DNA of 64,000 nt from an uncultured delta proteobacterium (lineage in GTDB: Bacteria; Myxococcota_A; Polyangia; Polyangiales; B10-G4): assembly GCA_963727445.1 (NCBI GenBank), contig CAVSGI010000010.1:1408001-1472000 (forward strand). Reading direction: 5' to 3'. Of this stretch, positions 19,924-29,893 are shown piece after piece. A model generated the notes under the pieces. That model was not told where the DNA came from. It searched no databases and worked only from the letters and a program-made list of their open reading frames with translations. The translations under genes were made by a program, and so were the position numbers. Numbering within the stretch: position 1 is the first letter of the stretch; each line of letters starts with the position of its first letter.

Positions 19924-20014
19924 CCCAAGCCCTAGTGGGGGTCAACATTTCGGCACCCGCTCCCTTGTGCTTTGGGGCCTTCGGTCAGGCGGACCTCGCG
20001 TCGGAGATCGCGCT

Positions 20015-21883
20015 TCAGGTCCCGCGATTCGCGCGCGCCATCCAGTGGCCGGTGATGACGACGGGGATCGCGAGGCAGGCGAAGACCTCGAGGTGGTAGG
20101 CGGGCAGCGCCCAGGCGACGAGCGCCACGATGTAGTGGCCGAGGGTGAGCGGAAGCCAGGGCCAGCCGAGCGTCCCGAGCAACGTCGCCCACAAGGTGCC
20201 GTTGACGAAGGCGCCGATGACGGTGGCGTGGGGCATGGAGACGCCCAACGCGCCGAGGAGCGGCCACAGAACCATCGACTGCGCGAAGACGAGCAGGCTG
20301 GTGAGGGTCACGCGCCGGTTGGTCGCGTTGAGCAGCATCTTGCGCCACCACACCATCCCGCTGAGCCCGGCGCCTACCAGGAAGGTCGTGCCCAGGAGCG
20401 CGAAACGCACGTGGTCGACCGGCCAGATGTCGAAGCGCGTGAGCGCGCTGGTGCCGAGGCAGAAGGCGGCAAAGCCCGCGGCGGACACGTAGAGGCGGAC
20501 TACGCGCTCGCGCAGACCGAAGCCGAGATCCGCGTCGCGCTCCACCCTGTCGAGGGCGCGCGCCGCCTGCTCCACCGCACCCCGCAGCACTTCGGGCGGC
20601 GCGTCGTGCTGCCGGAGGAGCGTCTTGGCGACCCGCGGGCTGCCGCGCTCGAGCTGGAATTCGATCATCGCCTCGAGGAGCGTTCGACGCCCTCGGATGG
20701 CGCGCTCGTTCTCGGGCCAGCTCCGCAACGCCTGATCGAAAGCGAAGCGCCCCTCGTGAAAGAGCGCCTCAATCGTCTCCTGGTCGGCCTCGGAGCGTTC
20801 CCCGTCGATCTGGGAGGCGCGTCGCAGCTCTTCGGTTCGCCGCTCGGCTTCCTCGCAGAGCTCGACGCTCCCCCAGTGAAGGAGGAAGTCGTCGATGGCC
20901 TCGGCGAAGGCCTCCGCGCTCTCGAAGCGCTTCTCCGGCTCGCGCGCCATCGCCTGCCGAGCGATCGCTGCGAGCTCGCGCGGGACGTGCTCGTCATAGG
21001 TCGGCGTCTGCGAGACGAACGCTTTCATGAGGGCCGCGCTCACGTGCGCTGCTTCGTGAGGAGGCTTGCCGGTGATGAGCTCGTGCAGCGTGGCACCGAG
21101 GAGATAGACGTCGGAGAAGACGCCCAGCCCCTCGCCCTTCCCGAGCGCCATCTCCGGCGACATGTAGAGGGGCGTCCCCTCGATGCGTTTGACGTCGCGC
21201 GCCCGCGGCACGCCGAGCGGCCCGACCTCGCTCAGGCTCACGGCGACGCCCCAATCGACGAGGTAGACCTCGCCGAAGCCGCCGATCATCACGTTCTCGG
21301 GCTTGATGTCGCGATGGAGGATGCCGAGCGAATGCGCGAAGTGGAGCGCGCTCGCGACCTGCCGGAGGATCGAGAGGTGCTTGCGGATGAACGCGGGGTC
21401 GTGCCGTTCCGTCGGCGGCACGCCTTCAATCATCGACGACCACGGCTCGCCGTCGATGCGCTTCATGACGATGAGCGGCTTGCCCTCTTGGTCACGCCCC
21501 AGCATGTGCACCGGCACCACGTTCGGGTGCTCGAGGAGCCCCGTGACCCGTCCTTCGCGCAGGAGCTGAAGTGCCTGCTCTGCCCGCGGCACGTCGACGC
21601 GCAGCGCCTTGACTGCGACCGTGCGCTGGAGGGCGGTCTGGGTCGCGGAGCGCACCACCCCCATCCCCCCTTCCCCGATCGGATCACCCAGGAGGATCGG
21701 CGCGATCCCTCCATCCGTCGTCGGCTCGAGGAGCGGGTCGAGCGCGCCGCGAGCCGGCGCGGAGAGCGACTCGATGGTATCCACCGACGCGATCGTGTCG
21801 CTCAGAGACAGCTCCTCCGGCTCGATGCCGAGCTCCGCCCAGGTCTTGCGAAGCGTCGCGTCAGGGGTCGTGTCGGTGGACAT
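20015..21883 (-). CDS. Hanks-type Ser/Thr protein kinase with C-terminal multi-TM domain
   Basis: IGEGGMGVV, VAVK, HRDIKPEN, DWG, GTPLYMSPE; about 6 C-terminal TM helices. Confidence 0.92.
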   Translation of the reverse strand: MSTDTTPDATLRKTWAELGIEPEELSLSDTIASVDTIESLSAPARGALDPLLEPTTDGGIAPILLGDPIGEGGMGVVRSATQTALQRTVAVKALRVDVPRAEQALQLLREGRVTGLLEHPNVVPVHMLGRDQEGKPLIVMKRIDGEPWSSMIEGVPPTERHDPAFIRKHLSILRQVASALHFAHSLGILHRDIKPENVMIGGFGEVYLVDWGVAVSLSEVGPLGVPRARDVKRIEGTPLYMSPEMALGKGEGLGVFSDVYLLGATLHELITGKPPHEAAHVSAALMKAFVSQTPTYDEHVPRELAAIARQAMAREPEKRFESAEAFAEAIDDFLLHWGSVELCEEAERRTEELRRASQIDGERSEADQETIEALFHEGRFAFDQALRSWPENERAIRGRRTLLEAMIEFQLERGSPRVAKTLLRQHDAPPEVLRGAVEQAARALDRVERDADLGFGLRERVVRLYVSAAGFAAFCLGTSALTRFDIWPVDHVRFALLGTTFLVGAGLSGMVWWRKMLLNATNRRVTLTSLLVFAQSMVLWPLLGALGVSMPHATVIGAFVNGTLWATLLGTLGWPWLPLTLGHYIVALVAWALPAYHLEVFACLAIPVVITGHWMARANRGT

Positions 21884-21934
21884 CTCCGCGAGGCATGATG
21901 ACCGAAGCCCCGGTTGGGGAGCGACCCCGAATCC

Positions 21935-22570
21935 TCACGCCGCGCTCGCGTAGCGTCCGAGGTGAGCGAGGATGCTGTCGACGTCTTCGAGCTCGCTGCC
22001 GGTGCTCGGGTCGACGAAGCGAAGCGGGCCGGGCACGCGGAGGTAGGGGATCTCGAGCTCGCAGAGCTGCTCACGGACCAAGCGGGCGGCGGGGTCGGCC
22101 TCGTCGCCGTAGAGGATCAGCTCGCGCTCGGGGGCAACGCTCGACCGGGCCCGGAAGCCGGCGCCGCCACGGGCCAGGCTGGCGAGCTGCGAGGTCAGCA
22201 CGAACCCCGGGCCGAGGAGCCAGCGCGGCGCCTTGCTCTCGCCATAGGTCTCGTAGAGATAGGCGACGATCTGCTCGCTCTCAGTCGTCTCGAGACCGGT
22301 GTTGGGGTCGACGAGGAAGGGAAAGCGGGCGCGGCCGGCCTTGTAGATCGCCTCGGGGCGAAAGCGGCGCCCGTCCCGAGGACAGGGGCGCACCCGAACT
22401 GGCAGCGCCAGCTCGGTCAGGGCCTCACGAACGCGACGGCACATTGGACAGCCCTCGTACTCGTAGAGGACCAAGGGCTCGATATCCCGAGAAATCTCCC
22501 GATTTCGGGAGCTTCCATGACCGGAGCGGAAGGAGCTGGCGAGGCGGCTTAGCGCGATGTTCATCAACAT
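21935..22570 (-). CDS. Tandem GST-N/glutaredoxin-like domain protein
   Basis: LYEYEGCPMCRRVREAL, FPFLVDPNTG..ESEQIVAYL, followed by a degenerate second copy. Confidence 0.9.
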   Translation of the reverse strand: MLMNIALSRLASSFRSGHGSSRNREISRDIEPLVLYEYEGCPMCRRVREALTELALPVRVRPCPRDGRRFRPEAIYKAGRARFPFLVDPNTGLETTESEQIVAYLYETYGESKAPRWLLGPGFVLTSQLASLARGGAGFRARSSVAPERELILYGDEADPAARLVREQLCELEIPYLRVPGPLRFVDPSTGSELEDVDSILAHLGRYASAA

Positions 22571-22604
22571 GCTCTGAACATGACCGATTCCTCATGTATG
22601 CTGA

Positions 22605-22634
22605 AGCTCATGTATTCTCATTCGTACATGAGCT
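22605..22634. promoter_or_regulatory. Inverted repeat AGCTCATGTA-N10-TACATGAGCT between the divergent GST-N and LysR genes (likely regulator site)
   Basis: Perfect 10-bp arms in a 70-bp AT-richer divergent intergenic region. CTCATGTAT also occurs at 22591. Confidence 0.55.
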
Positions 22635-22640
22635 GATTCG

Positions 22641-23559
22641 ATGGACCTGCGCACCGTCAATCTCAACCTCCTGTTGGCGCTCGACGTCCTGCTCGAAGTG
22701 CGGGGCGTGGGCGCGGCGGCGCGGCGTCTCGGCGTGACCCAATCGGCGATGAGCCACTCGCTGAGGCAGCTGCGCGAGCTCTTCGACGATCCGCTCCTCG
22801 TCCGCGAAGGGCATCGCATGGTGCCGACGCCGCGTGCCGAGGCGCTCGCGCCCTCGCTGCGCGACGCGCTCCGCACGATTGAGAGCGTCGTCGAGAGCCC
22901 GGAGGCTTTCGATTCCCTCCGCCGTCTCGCGAACGTTCACGGTCGCGATCCTCGATGGATGGGCCTTCGCCTACGGGCCGCCGCTCCTTCAGGCGATGCA
23001 GCGCGAAGCGCCGCGGGCGACGCTGGAGCTCGTCCCACCCGACAATGATCTACCGACGCTCCTCGCGTCCGGTCGCGTCGACGCGGCGATGATCCCGCCC
23101 ATCGATCTTCCGTCGGGGCTCGAAACGGTCCCGCTCCGGGGCGAGAACTTCGTCGTCCTCTGCCGCGAGGACCATCCGGACATCGGCGACACCATCGATC
23201 TCGACACGCTCTGCCGCCTCCCTCACGCGGTGATGAGCCTGGGCAAGGGCGGCCCCAGCTTCGTGGACCACGCCCTCGCCGAGCTCGGCCGCGAGCGCTT
23301 CGTCGCGCTTCGCTGTCCCTATTTCCTGGTCATCCCGGCCATGGTCGCCGCGTCGGACCTCATCGCGTTCGTCGTCGAGCCGGCCGCCGAGCAGCTCGCC
23401 GCGATCTATCCCGTTCGTTGGGTGCCCGACCCGATCGGTCTCGGCCACATGCCGCCTTCGCTCCTCGCGTGGCACGCGCGCTATGACGCGGTGCCCGAGA
23501 ACCGCTGGTTTCGGGACTTGATGATGCGCGTCTTCCGCGAGCACTTCGCGGACCTGTGA
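22641..23559 (+). CDS. LysR family transcriptional regulator (apparent +1 frameshift at 22911-22915)
   Basis: HTH NLNLLLALDVLL..AARRLGVTQSAMSHSL; substrate-binding domain in ORF 22834-23559. Removing one T restores EAFDPSAVSRTF. Confidence 0.92.
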
Positions 23560-23571
23560 CGAAGGGAACGC

Positions 23572-24432
23572 TCAGCCGAGGAGCGCGGCGAGATGCTCGC
23601 TGTGGAGCTCCGCCTCACGGCGGCCCACGTCCTCGGTCTCGTCGATCGGCGCGTGCTCGCTGTAGTCCCAGCGCGTGATCGGCAGTCGCTCTCGGGGGGC
23701 GACGTAGTAGCGCCGCCCGCGCCGCCCGACGTGCTCGGGCGCGTAGGGCCGCGTGAGCAGCACCAGGGTGTGGTCGATGCCGGGGACGTCCTCGACGAGG
23801 AAGGCCGGCGCGTTGTCGATCATCGAGCCGTCGATGAGCATCCCGTCGAAGCGGCCGAGATTGGTGAAAGGCGGCGTGGACGAGGAGCTGATGATCAGCT
23901 CGACCAGCTCGTCGATGGTCTCGCACTCGCGCGCGTCGAAGGCGCGAGGCGCGAAGCCGAAGCGGCGCGGGAGACGCGGATGCAGGCCGCCCGGCACGAG
24001 CTTCTTTTCGAGCTGATAGACCGTGGCCCCCATCGCGATGCTGAGCGCAGACGGCAAGCGACCCTCGTAGGCGGTGCAGAGGATCCGCACCGGGAAGGGG
24101 GCGTTCCGCACGCGCTCGAGGCCGCCCTCGGCGAAGGCGTGCTTCAAAGTCGCGCGATAGATCTCGTCGTGGGGAAAAGGACGCTCGCCGCGCCGCAGGC
24201 GCTCCGCGCTGAAGAGCCCGCGGACACCGACGCGGCGCGCCGCGAAGAACGCCTTCGCTTCGGCGATGCGCTCACTCAGGATCAAGGTGACCGCGGCCGC
24301 GCCCGCGCTCACGCCCGCCACGGCGCCCACGCGAGGCCATAGATCGTTCGCCCAACGCTCCATCCAGCCGATCTGATAGAACGCGCGATTGCCGCCGCCA
24401 GCGAAGGTGATACCGATGTTCCGCTCAGTCAC
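23572..24432 (-). CDS. Patatin-like phospholipase
   Basis: FAGGGNR oxyanion loop, GVSAG nucleophile, IDGS catalytic Asp. Confidence 0.88.
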   Translation of the reverse strand: MTERNIGITFAGGGNRAFYQIGWMERWANDLWPRVGAVAGVSAGAAAVTLILSERIAEAKAFFAARRVGVRGLFSAERLRRGERPFPHDEIYRATLKHAFAEGGLERVRNAPFPVRILCTAYEGRLPSALSIAMGATVYQLEKKLVPGGLHPRLPRRFGFAPRAFDARECETIDELVELIISSSSTPPFTNLGRFDGMLIDGSMIDNAPAFLVEDVPGIDHTLVLLTRPYAPEHVGRRGRRYYVAPRERLPITRWDYSEHAPIDETEDVGRREAELHSEHLAALLG

Positions 24433-24478
24433 GGGGGCGCAGCATATCCCCAAAAGGCGCATCGCGCCGCCGCGTGCT

Positions 24479-24790
24479 TCAGAGCTCGGCGCCGCTCGTC
24501 GAGTGGCGGCAGTGCGCGTAGGCCTCCTCGTCGACGATGTCGGAGCGACAGACGTAGGTCACCGCGAGGTTGCAGCCGCGCACGCGATAGACGCGCTCGC
24601 CGTCCTGTTCCATGAGTCGTTCGCTCGAGAGCTGGGCGGGGTTGCAGCGCAGTCGGCGGGAGGCGTCGGGGAGGATCTTTTCGAGCTCGGCCTCCATGGA
24701 TTTGACCCGAAGCTGACGAGCGTTCATCGGGAAACAAGACGTCAACAATCCCAACCCCGCGACAATCCAGGCTTTTTGCCAGTTTCCCAC
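24479..24790 (-). CDS. Small putative lipoprotein
   Basis: Lipobox LLTSC; four further Cys including the motif YRVRGC..VTYVC. Confidence 0.6.
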   Translation of the reverse strand: MGNWQKAWIVAGLGLLTSCFPMNARQLRVKSMEAELEKILPDASRRLRCNPAQLSSERLMEQDGERVYRVRGCNLAVTYVCRSDIVDEEAYAHCRHSTSGAEL

Positions 24791-24860
24791 CCACTGCCCA
24801 TGGTAGGCCTCACGAGGCCGCGTGGCGACCCCGAAGCCGTTTGCTAGAAACCGCGTCGCA

Positions 24861-25730
24861 ATGCGCACCTCCCTCTCCCTTGCCTCCCTCCCCCTTCTCC
24901 TCCTCACCGCCTGCAGTCAGTCGACGACGGCCGAGCCGGATAGCGGGATCACCTTCATGGCCCCCGATGCGACCGCCGACAGTGGAAGCGGCGGCGGCGA
25001 CGGAGGAGGCGACGCCGCGATGACGGGCGACGGCGCGATCATGTCGACCGACATCGGACAGACCTGCGGCACGGACACCGACTGCTCCGAATTCTGCGCG
25101 ACGGATGGCGAGGGCTTCCGCGATGGGTACTGCACCCAGTTCTGCGATGACATGACGCCCTGCCCCGGCGACTCGATCTGCCTTCAGGTGAGCCGCGATC
25201 AGTCGTGGTGCTTCGCCCAGTGTGACCCGAGCGCGGCCGACCGGCCGTGCCGCGCGGGCTACGGCTGCGCCGTCGACATCTCCATTCCGGCGCCGGTCTG
25301 CATCCCCGGCTGCACCGACGACACCGATTGCCCCGACTCGACCGTCTGCAACCCCGAGGGGGGCGGCCGCTGCTACAGCCCCGACGCCAACTGGGGCGAC
25401 GCCTGCGCCCAGAGCACCGAGTGCCCCGACGGCGCGTTCTGTTTCGCCGAAGCGTTCCGCGGCTGGCCAGGCGGCATGTGCATCGCCTTCGGCTGCGACC
25501 CGGCCGACACCACCGGCGGCGGCTGCCCGATGGGCACCGAGTGCGTCACTGGGGGCGGTCGCTTCGGTCGCTGCGTCGTGTCCTGCGAGACGACAGACGA
25601 CTGCCGCGACGCCTACACGTGCCAGGCCGACATGATGTATCCCGACCGCATGACCTGTCAGCCCGCCTGCGAGAACAACTCGCAGTGCACCGAGAGCCGC
25701 GTCTGCACCGATATGGGCACCTGCGGGTAG
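24861..25730 (+). CDS. Cys-rich repeat lipoprotein
   Basis: Lipobox LLTAC, DAG-type linker, repeated CxxxxDC and GGxC modules. Confidence 0.85.
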   Translation: MRTSLSLASLPLLLLTACSQSTTAEPDSGITFMAPDATADSGSGGGDGGGDAAMTGDGAIMSTDIGQTCGTDTDCSEFCATDGEGFRDGYCTQFCDDMTPCPGDSICLQVSRDQSWCFAQCDPSAADRPCRAGYGCAVDISIPAPVCIPGCTDDTDCPDSTVCNPEGGGRCYSPDANWGDACAQSTECPDGAFCFAEAFRGWPGGMCIAFGCDPADTTGGGCPMGTECVTGGGRFGRCVVSCETTDDCRDAYTCQADMMYPDRMTCQPACENNSQCTESRVCTDMGTCG

Positions 25731-25763
25731 CCCTTCCGGGAGGGGGGTAGTACCGTCGGAACG

Positions 25764-27435
25764 ATGACGTCCCGTCTCTGGACGGTCGCATGCGGCCTCC
25801 TCGCGCTCGCCGGCTGTAGCGCCGACGTCGTCTTCGAGCCGGGTGGCATCGCGCTGTCAGGCGATGGAGCGGGCGTGGTGCTTCCGTCCATCGCGCCAGC
25901 GCCGGCGCTGGTGGCGGCCGCCGATCCCCAGCTCGACGGTTTCGACGGATGGCCGCTGGTCTTCGATGCGGAGCATCACGCCGTCGACGGCCGAAGCTGT
26001 CGCATCGTGCTCATGCGCGACGACCTGATAATCGCCGAGCCCGAAGCGGTGTCGAGCGCGGGCACCTGCGCAGCCGTGTGGGATGGACGCACGACGGGGG
26101 CGGCGCGCGTCGCGCCGGGCCTCGTCGAGGTGACGGCGACGGTGAGCTCGGCGGAAGGCGAGGTGCTCGCGACCGCCATAGCGCCGATCGAGATCGTCCG
26201 CCTCGGCATCTCCGAGATTCAGCTCGCGGCGGTGGCGGGGAGCGGCGCACGCGTACCCCTTCTCTATCGCGCGACCGACGGCGTCCGGCGCGGCTTCTAC
26301 GAGCTCGCCGACGATACGGTGCCCTTTCGCATGGCGCCGGACGCGTCGGAGGATGCGCTCGCGGTCGACCTCGAGCTCGCCGATGGGACGCCGCGCGCCG
26401 TGCCGGACACGTGGGCGGATTCTGACGAGCCCGCCCCTCGACGCGCGCGCGGCCGACGGGGTCGAGCACGACACCTTCAACCTCCCCGCGGCCTTCGTCG
26501 CCGGCACCTCGGTCGCGATCGACGCCACGCTGAGCGCGAGCGTCGCCGGAAGTGAGGGCGGCGGCGCCCCGACCGCCACCGAGGTCCGCGTGCTCCCGCC
26601 GGAGGGCACGAGCTTCGAAGGCGACGGCCTCTTCGGGCACGACGAGGTGCTGAGCGCGACCACCACCACCTCGCCGGTGCCCGCGGTGGGGCGCTACGAC
26701 CTCTCCCTCGTGTGGCGCTTCGAAGCCCGCGCGCCGGGTGGCGATTGGCAGGCGGTGCCTGGGGAGATCGTGACCGTCCATCGTCTCTACGGACTGGTGG
26801 ACGAGCCGATCTTCGATTTCGCGAGCGTGCCGCACCGACCGTGGGTCGACGTGGTGGACACGGTCGCGGGTTGGGTCGACGGTCGCACCAGCGACGCCGA
26901 CGAGGTCGCCGGACAGATCGTCGAGGGTGTGTACTACGAGCTGGGGCTTCGATACGACCGCGAGCGCGGCGCGTCGTTCTACACGAACTATGGGAGCGGC
27001 TTTTCGGACGCAGTCTTCGACGCCTCGCAGTTTCAGGACCGCGCCAACGGCGACGTCATCAACTGCTCCGACGCGGCGAGCATCGTCTCGAGCTACGCCA
27101 ACATGATGGGGATCGATCTCCGCTATCACATCCTCACGCACCGCACCGACACCGGATTCGACCTGAACTTCATCCAGGCCATCGGCTGGATGGGCTTCAC
27201 GGAGACGCCGTTCACCAGCGGACGCGGCGCCTTCCGCTATCACGCGGTGGTGGGTCCGCCCGACGGCCGCTTCTTCGACGCCACTCTGGCTCTCGACGGC
27301 GATGGGACGCCGACCGCGCTGCCGAGCGTGCTCTTGTTGGCTGAGGGCATGATGCCCGACGACTACAAGCGGGACCTGTCGAGCGAGTGGATGGACGTCC
27401 AGACGACCATGGACGACAAGGTGCGGATCCGATGA
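25764..27435 (+). CDS. Lipoprotein with FlgD-like Ig domain and C-terminal Cys-His-Asp (transglutaminase/papain-like) domain (apparent +1 frameshift at 26418-26422)
   Basis: Lipobox LAGC; AVWDGRT..G.RVAPG; INCSDAASIV, FRYHAVV and FFDATL. GATTC->GATC joins ORFs 25764 and 26353 (WADLTSPP). Confidence 0.7.
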
Positions 27436-28106
27436 AGCGCATCTTCGTCCTGGCGCTCGCGCTCTTCGCATTCGGTCCGTCGGCCGCCAGGGCACAGCAG
27501 ATCCACGCGGGCGTGGACGTGGGGGCCGTGGTGCCGGCGGCGATGCGCGTCGTCGACGTCGTCGTGCCGGACCGCGCCGAGAGCCCGGTTCGGCTTTCCC
27601 TCGCCGCGCAGGACGACGGCCAGGCTGCGCTTCTGGTGGACGTCTGGGTGACGCCGGAGTCCCGGGCCGCGCGCGAGCGCTACCAGCACGCCCTCGCCGA
27701 GCTCACGAGCGTCGTCGCCGAGGCGCCAGGGCTCGGTGATTCGGGCGTCGCCGACGCGGGCTTCGCCGCGTTCGTTCGAGACAACGTCGCGGTGGCCATC
27801 CGCCGCATCCGCGGCGGACACGACGTGGTTGCGCTCGCGCGCCAGATCGATCGGGCCATCGCCGCCTCACCCGCCGGGCCGGCGCGCGCCTCGCGCGCGC
27901 TTCAGCTTCCAGACCTCGACGCGATGGCCGTTGGCGAGCACGCGACCATCACGCTCCCGACGTGGGCACTCGACGCCAGCTTCACCGCGCATGGTGACGC
28001 CCGCGTCCGCCGCACGCGCGACGGTTGGCTGCTCACCCGGACCGGCGACGGCCCCGCGCGGCTCGAAGCGCACGCCGTCGACCACGCGCTCCGGCCGATG
28101 CGTTGA
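27432..28106 (+). CDS. Secreted hypothetical protein
   Basis: ATGA overlap with the previous gene; signal peptide MKRIFVLALALFAFGPSAARA. Confidence 0.75.
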   Translation: MKRIFVLALALFAFGPSAARAQQIHAGVDVGAVVPAAMRVVDVVVPDRAESPVRLSLAAQDDGQAALLVDVWVTPESRAARERYQHALAELTSVVAEAPGLGDSGVADAGFAAFVRDNVAVAIRRIRGGHDVVALARQIDRAIAASPAGPARASRALQLPDLDAMAVGEHATITLPTWALDASFTAHGDARVRRTRDGWLLTRTGDGPARLEAHAVDHALRPMR

Positions 28107-28109
28107 GCT

Positions 28110-28355
28110 TCAGAGATCGCCGAGGATCGTCCACGGGATCGCGCTGATCGCGGTCCCCAGGAGCAGGACCGCCGCGGCGGCGAAGGTGATCACGGTATTC
28201 GCCACCGGGCGGGCGCGCAGCAGCGTCAGCCACTCGGAGGTGAGAGTCGGAAGGGGCGCGTGGGCCGCCAGCACCACCGTGCGCATCCGTTCGAGCTGCG
28301 CGTCGCTGGGAGAGAGAGGGCCGAACGCTTCTTCGAGTCGGGCGTCTTCACTCAT
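28110..28355 (-). CDS. Small single-TM protein, putative anti-sigma factor
   Basis: 81 aa with a C-terminal TM helix; overlaps the stop of the ECF sigma gene. Confidence 0.6.
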   Translation of the reverse strand: MSEDARLEEAFGPLSPSDAQLERMRTVVLAAHAPLPTLTSEWLTLLRARPVANTVITFAAAAVLLLGTAISAIPWTILGDL

Positions 28356-28987
28356 GTGGATGCTCCCTCTCGTCGCGACGCGTGTCCCTCGTCGCTGAGC
28401 ATCGCGAGCAGACGCTTCCGCTGCCGCTCGCAGATCTTCCGCACGTTCGCGCCGCTGAGCCCCGTGAGCTCGGCGACCTCCGCGGCCTCGAGACCGGCGC
28501 CGTAGCGCAAGCTCACGACCTCGCGGTCACGTTCCGGCAGCTCGGCGAGGGCGGCGAGGAGGCGCGCGCGGCTCTCGGCGCCGAGGAGCTGCTCTTCGGG
28601 TGTCGCAGGCGCCTCCTTCACGTCTCGCGCCGCGTCCTCTTCGGCGAGCTGACGGCGCCGCCCACCTCGGGTCGAGCGATTTCGCGCCGCGTTGAGCGCG
28701 ATGGTCGAGAGCCAGGCGAGGAAGCGCCGCCCAGGACGCGCTTCGTAGCTGCCGAGGGAAGCGAAGGCCTTGATGAAGGCGTCCTGGACGATGTCCTCGG
28801 CCTCGGCCTCGCTCTTACAGAGCGCGCGCACCGCGCGAAAGACGCGATGCACGTGCGCGCCATAGAGGGCCGCCATCGCCTCGGTGTCGCCTCGGCGCGC
28901 CCGGCGAACGAGCGCGAGGGTCTCCTCCTCGGGGAGCTCGGACGCGGGGCCGAGGCGATGGCTGAGGATGGCGAAGAGGAAGTACAC
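28352..28987 (-). CDS. ECF sigma-70 factor
   Basis: LVRRARRGD..AM..LY, AEDIVQDAFIKAF, FLAWLSTIALN, LAELPERDREVVSLRY..EVAELTG. Confidence 0.93.
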   Translation of the reverse strand: MYFLFAILSHRLGPASELPEEETLALVRRARRGDTEAMAALYGAHVHRVFRAVRALCKSEAEAEDIVQDAFIKAFASLGSYEARPGRRFLAWLSTIALNAARNRSTRGGRRRQLAEEDAARDVKEAPATPEEQLLGAESRARLLAALAELPERDREVVSLRYGAGLEAAEVAELTGLSGANVRKICERQRKRLLAMLSDEGHASRREGAST

Positions 28988-28989
28988 GG

Positions 28990-29814
28990 TCAGGCGCGGC
29001 CTTCCATGAAGCCGAGGGTCCACACCGACGAGCGGAAGGTGCCGGTCGCGCCGCGAACCACGACGATCGCAGGCAGACCCAGGAGCGTCGCGCCCACGAT
29101 GGCGGGAACGAGACCCGCGGTGAAGTAGAGGGCGAAGCCCACGATGGCGGCCGGCAGACACGCGACGAAGGTCGCGAAGCTCCCGCCCACCTGTCCGGCG
29201 AAGGACAGAAGGGTCAGCCGAATCGCATCGGCGAGCCGCCCGTGGAGGAACCGGCGCGCCGCGCGGAGCGCGTCGCGCACGCGCATGTAGTCGAGCACGA
29301 CGAAGCGGAGGCCCAGCTCGTAGAGGAAGTACAGGGTGAGCGCAGCGGGGATGGCGACCACCACGAGAGGAAGCGCCAGCAGCGCCGCGGCGAGCATCGG
29401 GACGAGCTCGAAGGCGCCGAGGGCGAGGGGTGCGACGATGACCACGCCGATGCTGAGGAACGACGCGGCGAGCAGGAGCTTGAGGCCGAGCACCGACCAG
29501 AAGTGACGGCGACTCTCCCTGAGGCCGTCGACGATCCCGAGCACCTCGCGCTTCTCCGAGTCGTCGCGGACGCCGCGGATGAGCGCCGCCTCGGACAGGA
29601 CGTGGAGGATGCCGGCGACGAGGCCGAGGGCGGCCAGGACGGCGGCGAGGATGAAGAGCCAGGTGGGAACGACCCCTCCGCCGGCCGCCCCGCCGGTCTC
29701 GGCCCCGCCCCCACCGCTCGAGCCGGCGGCGGCGACGAAGAACCCGAAGAACCAGAGGTGCTTGTGGGCCCAGAGTGTGGTCAGCGAGCGCTTGGCGATG
29801 CGAGAGAGATTCAC
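28990..29814 (-). CDS. Multi-pass membrane protein
   Basis: About 6 TM helices; HLWFFGFFVA and TFRSSVWT; purine-rich RBS before the GTG start. Confidence 0.8.
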   Translation of the reverse strand: MNLSRIAKRSLTTLWAHKHLWFFGFFVAAAGSSGGGGAETGGAAGGGVVPTWLFILAAVLAALGLVAGILHVLSEAALIRGVRDDSEKREVLGIVDGLRESRRHFWSVLGLKLLLAASFLSIGVVIVAPLALGAFELVPMLAAALLALPLVVVAIPAALTLYFLYELGLRFVVLDYMRVRDALRAARRFLHGRLADAIRLTLLSFAGQVGGSFATFVACLPAAIVGFALYFTAGLVPAIVGATLLGLPAIVVVRGATGTFRSSVWTLGFMEGRA

Positions 29815-29839
29815 GGATTTTTCCCCTTTCTACAGGGAG

Positions 29840-29866
29840 AACCCGTGAGGGCGCAGCGGCGTGACA
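29840..29866 (-). promoter_or_regulatory. Possible ECF-type promoter TGTCACG-N16-GGTT for the membrane protein/ECF operon
   Basis: Resembles TGTCAC-type ECF -35 elements with 16-nt spacing; a weak match. Confidence 0.3.
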
Positions 29867-29893
29867 GAGCCGGGGTCGATTTTTTCGCCGTTC

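Noticed and set aside
23572..24432. Patatin as a CBASS/defence effector
   Set aside because: No nucleotidyltransferase or other defence partner is adjacent; it looks like a stand-alone phospholipase.
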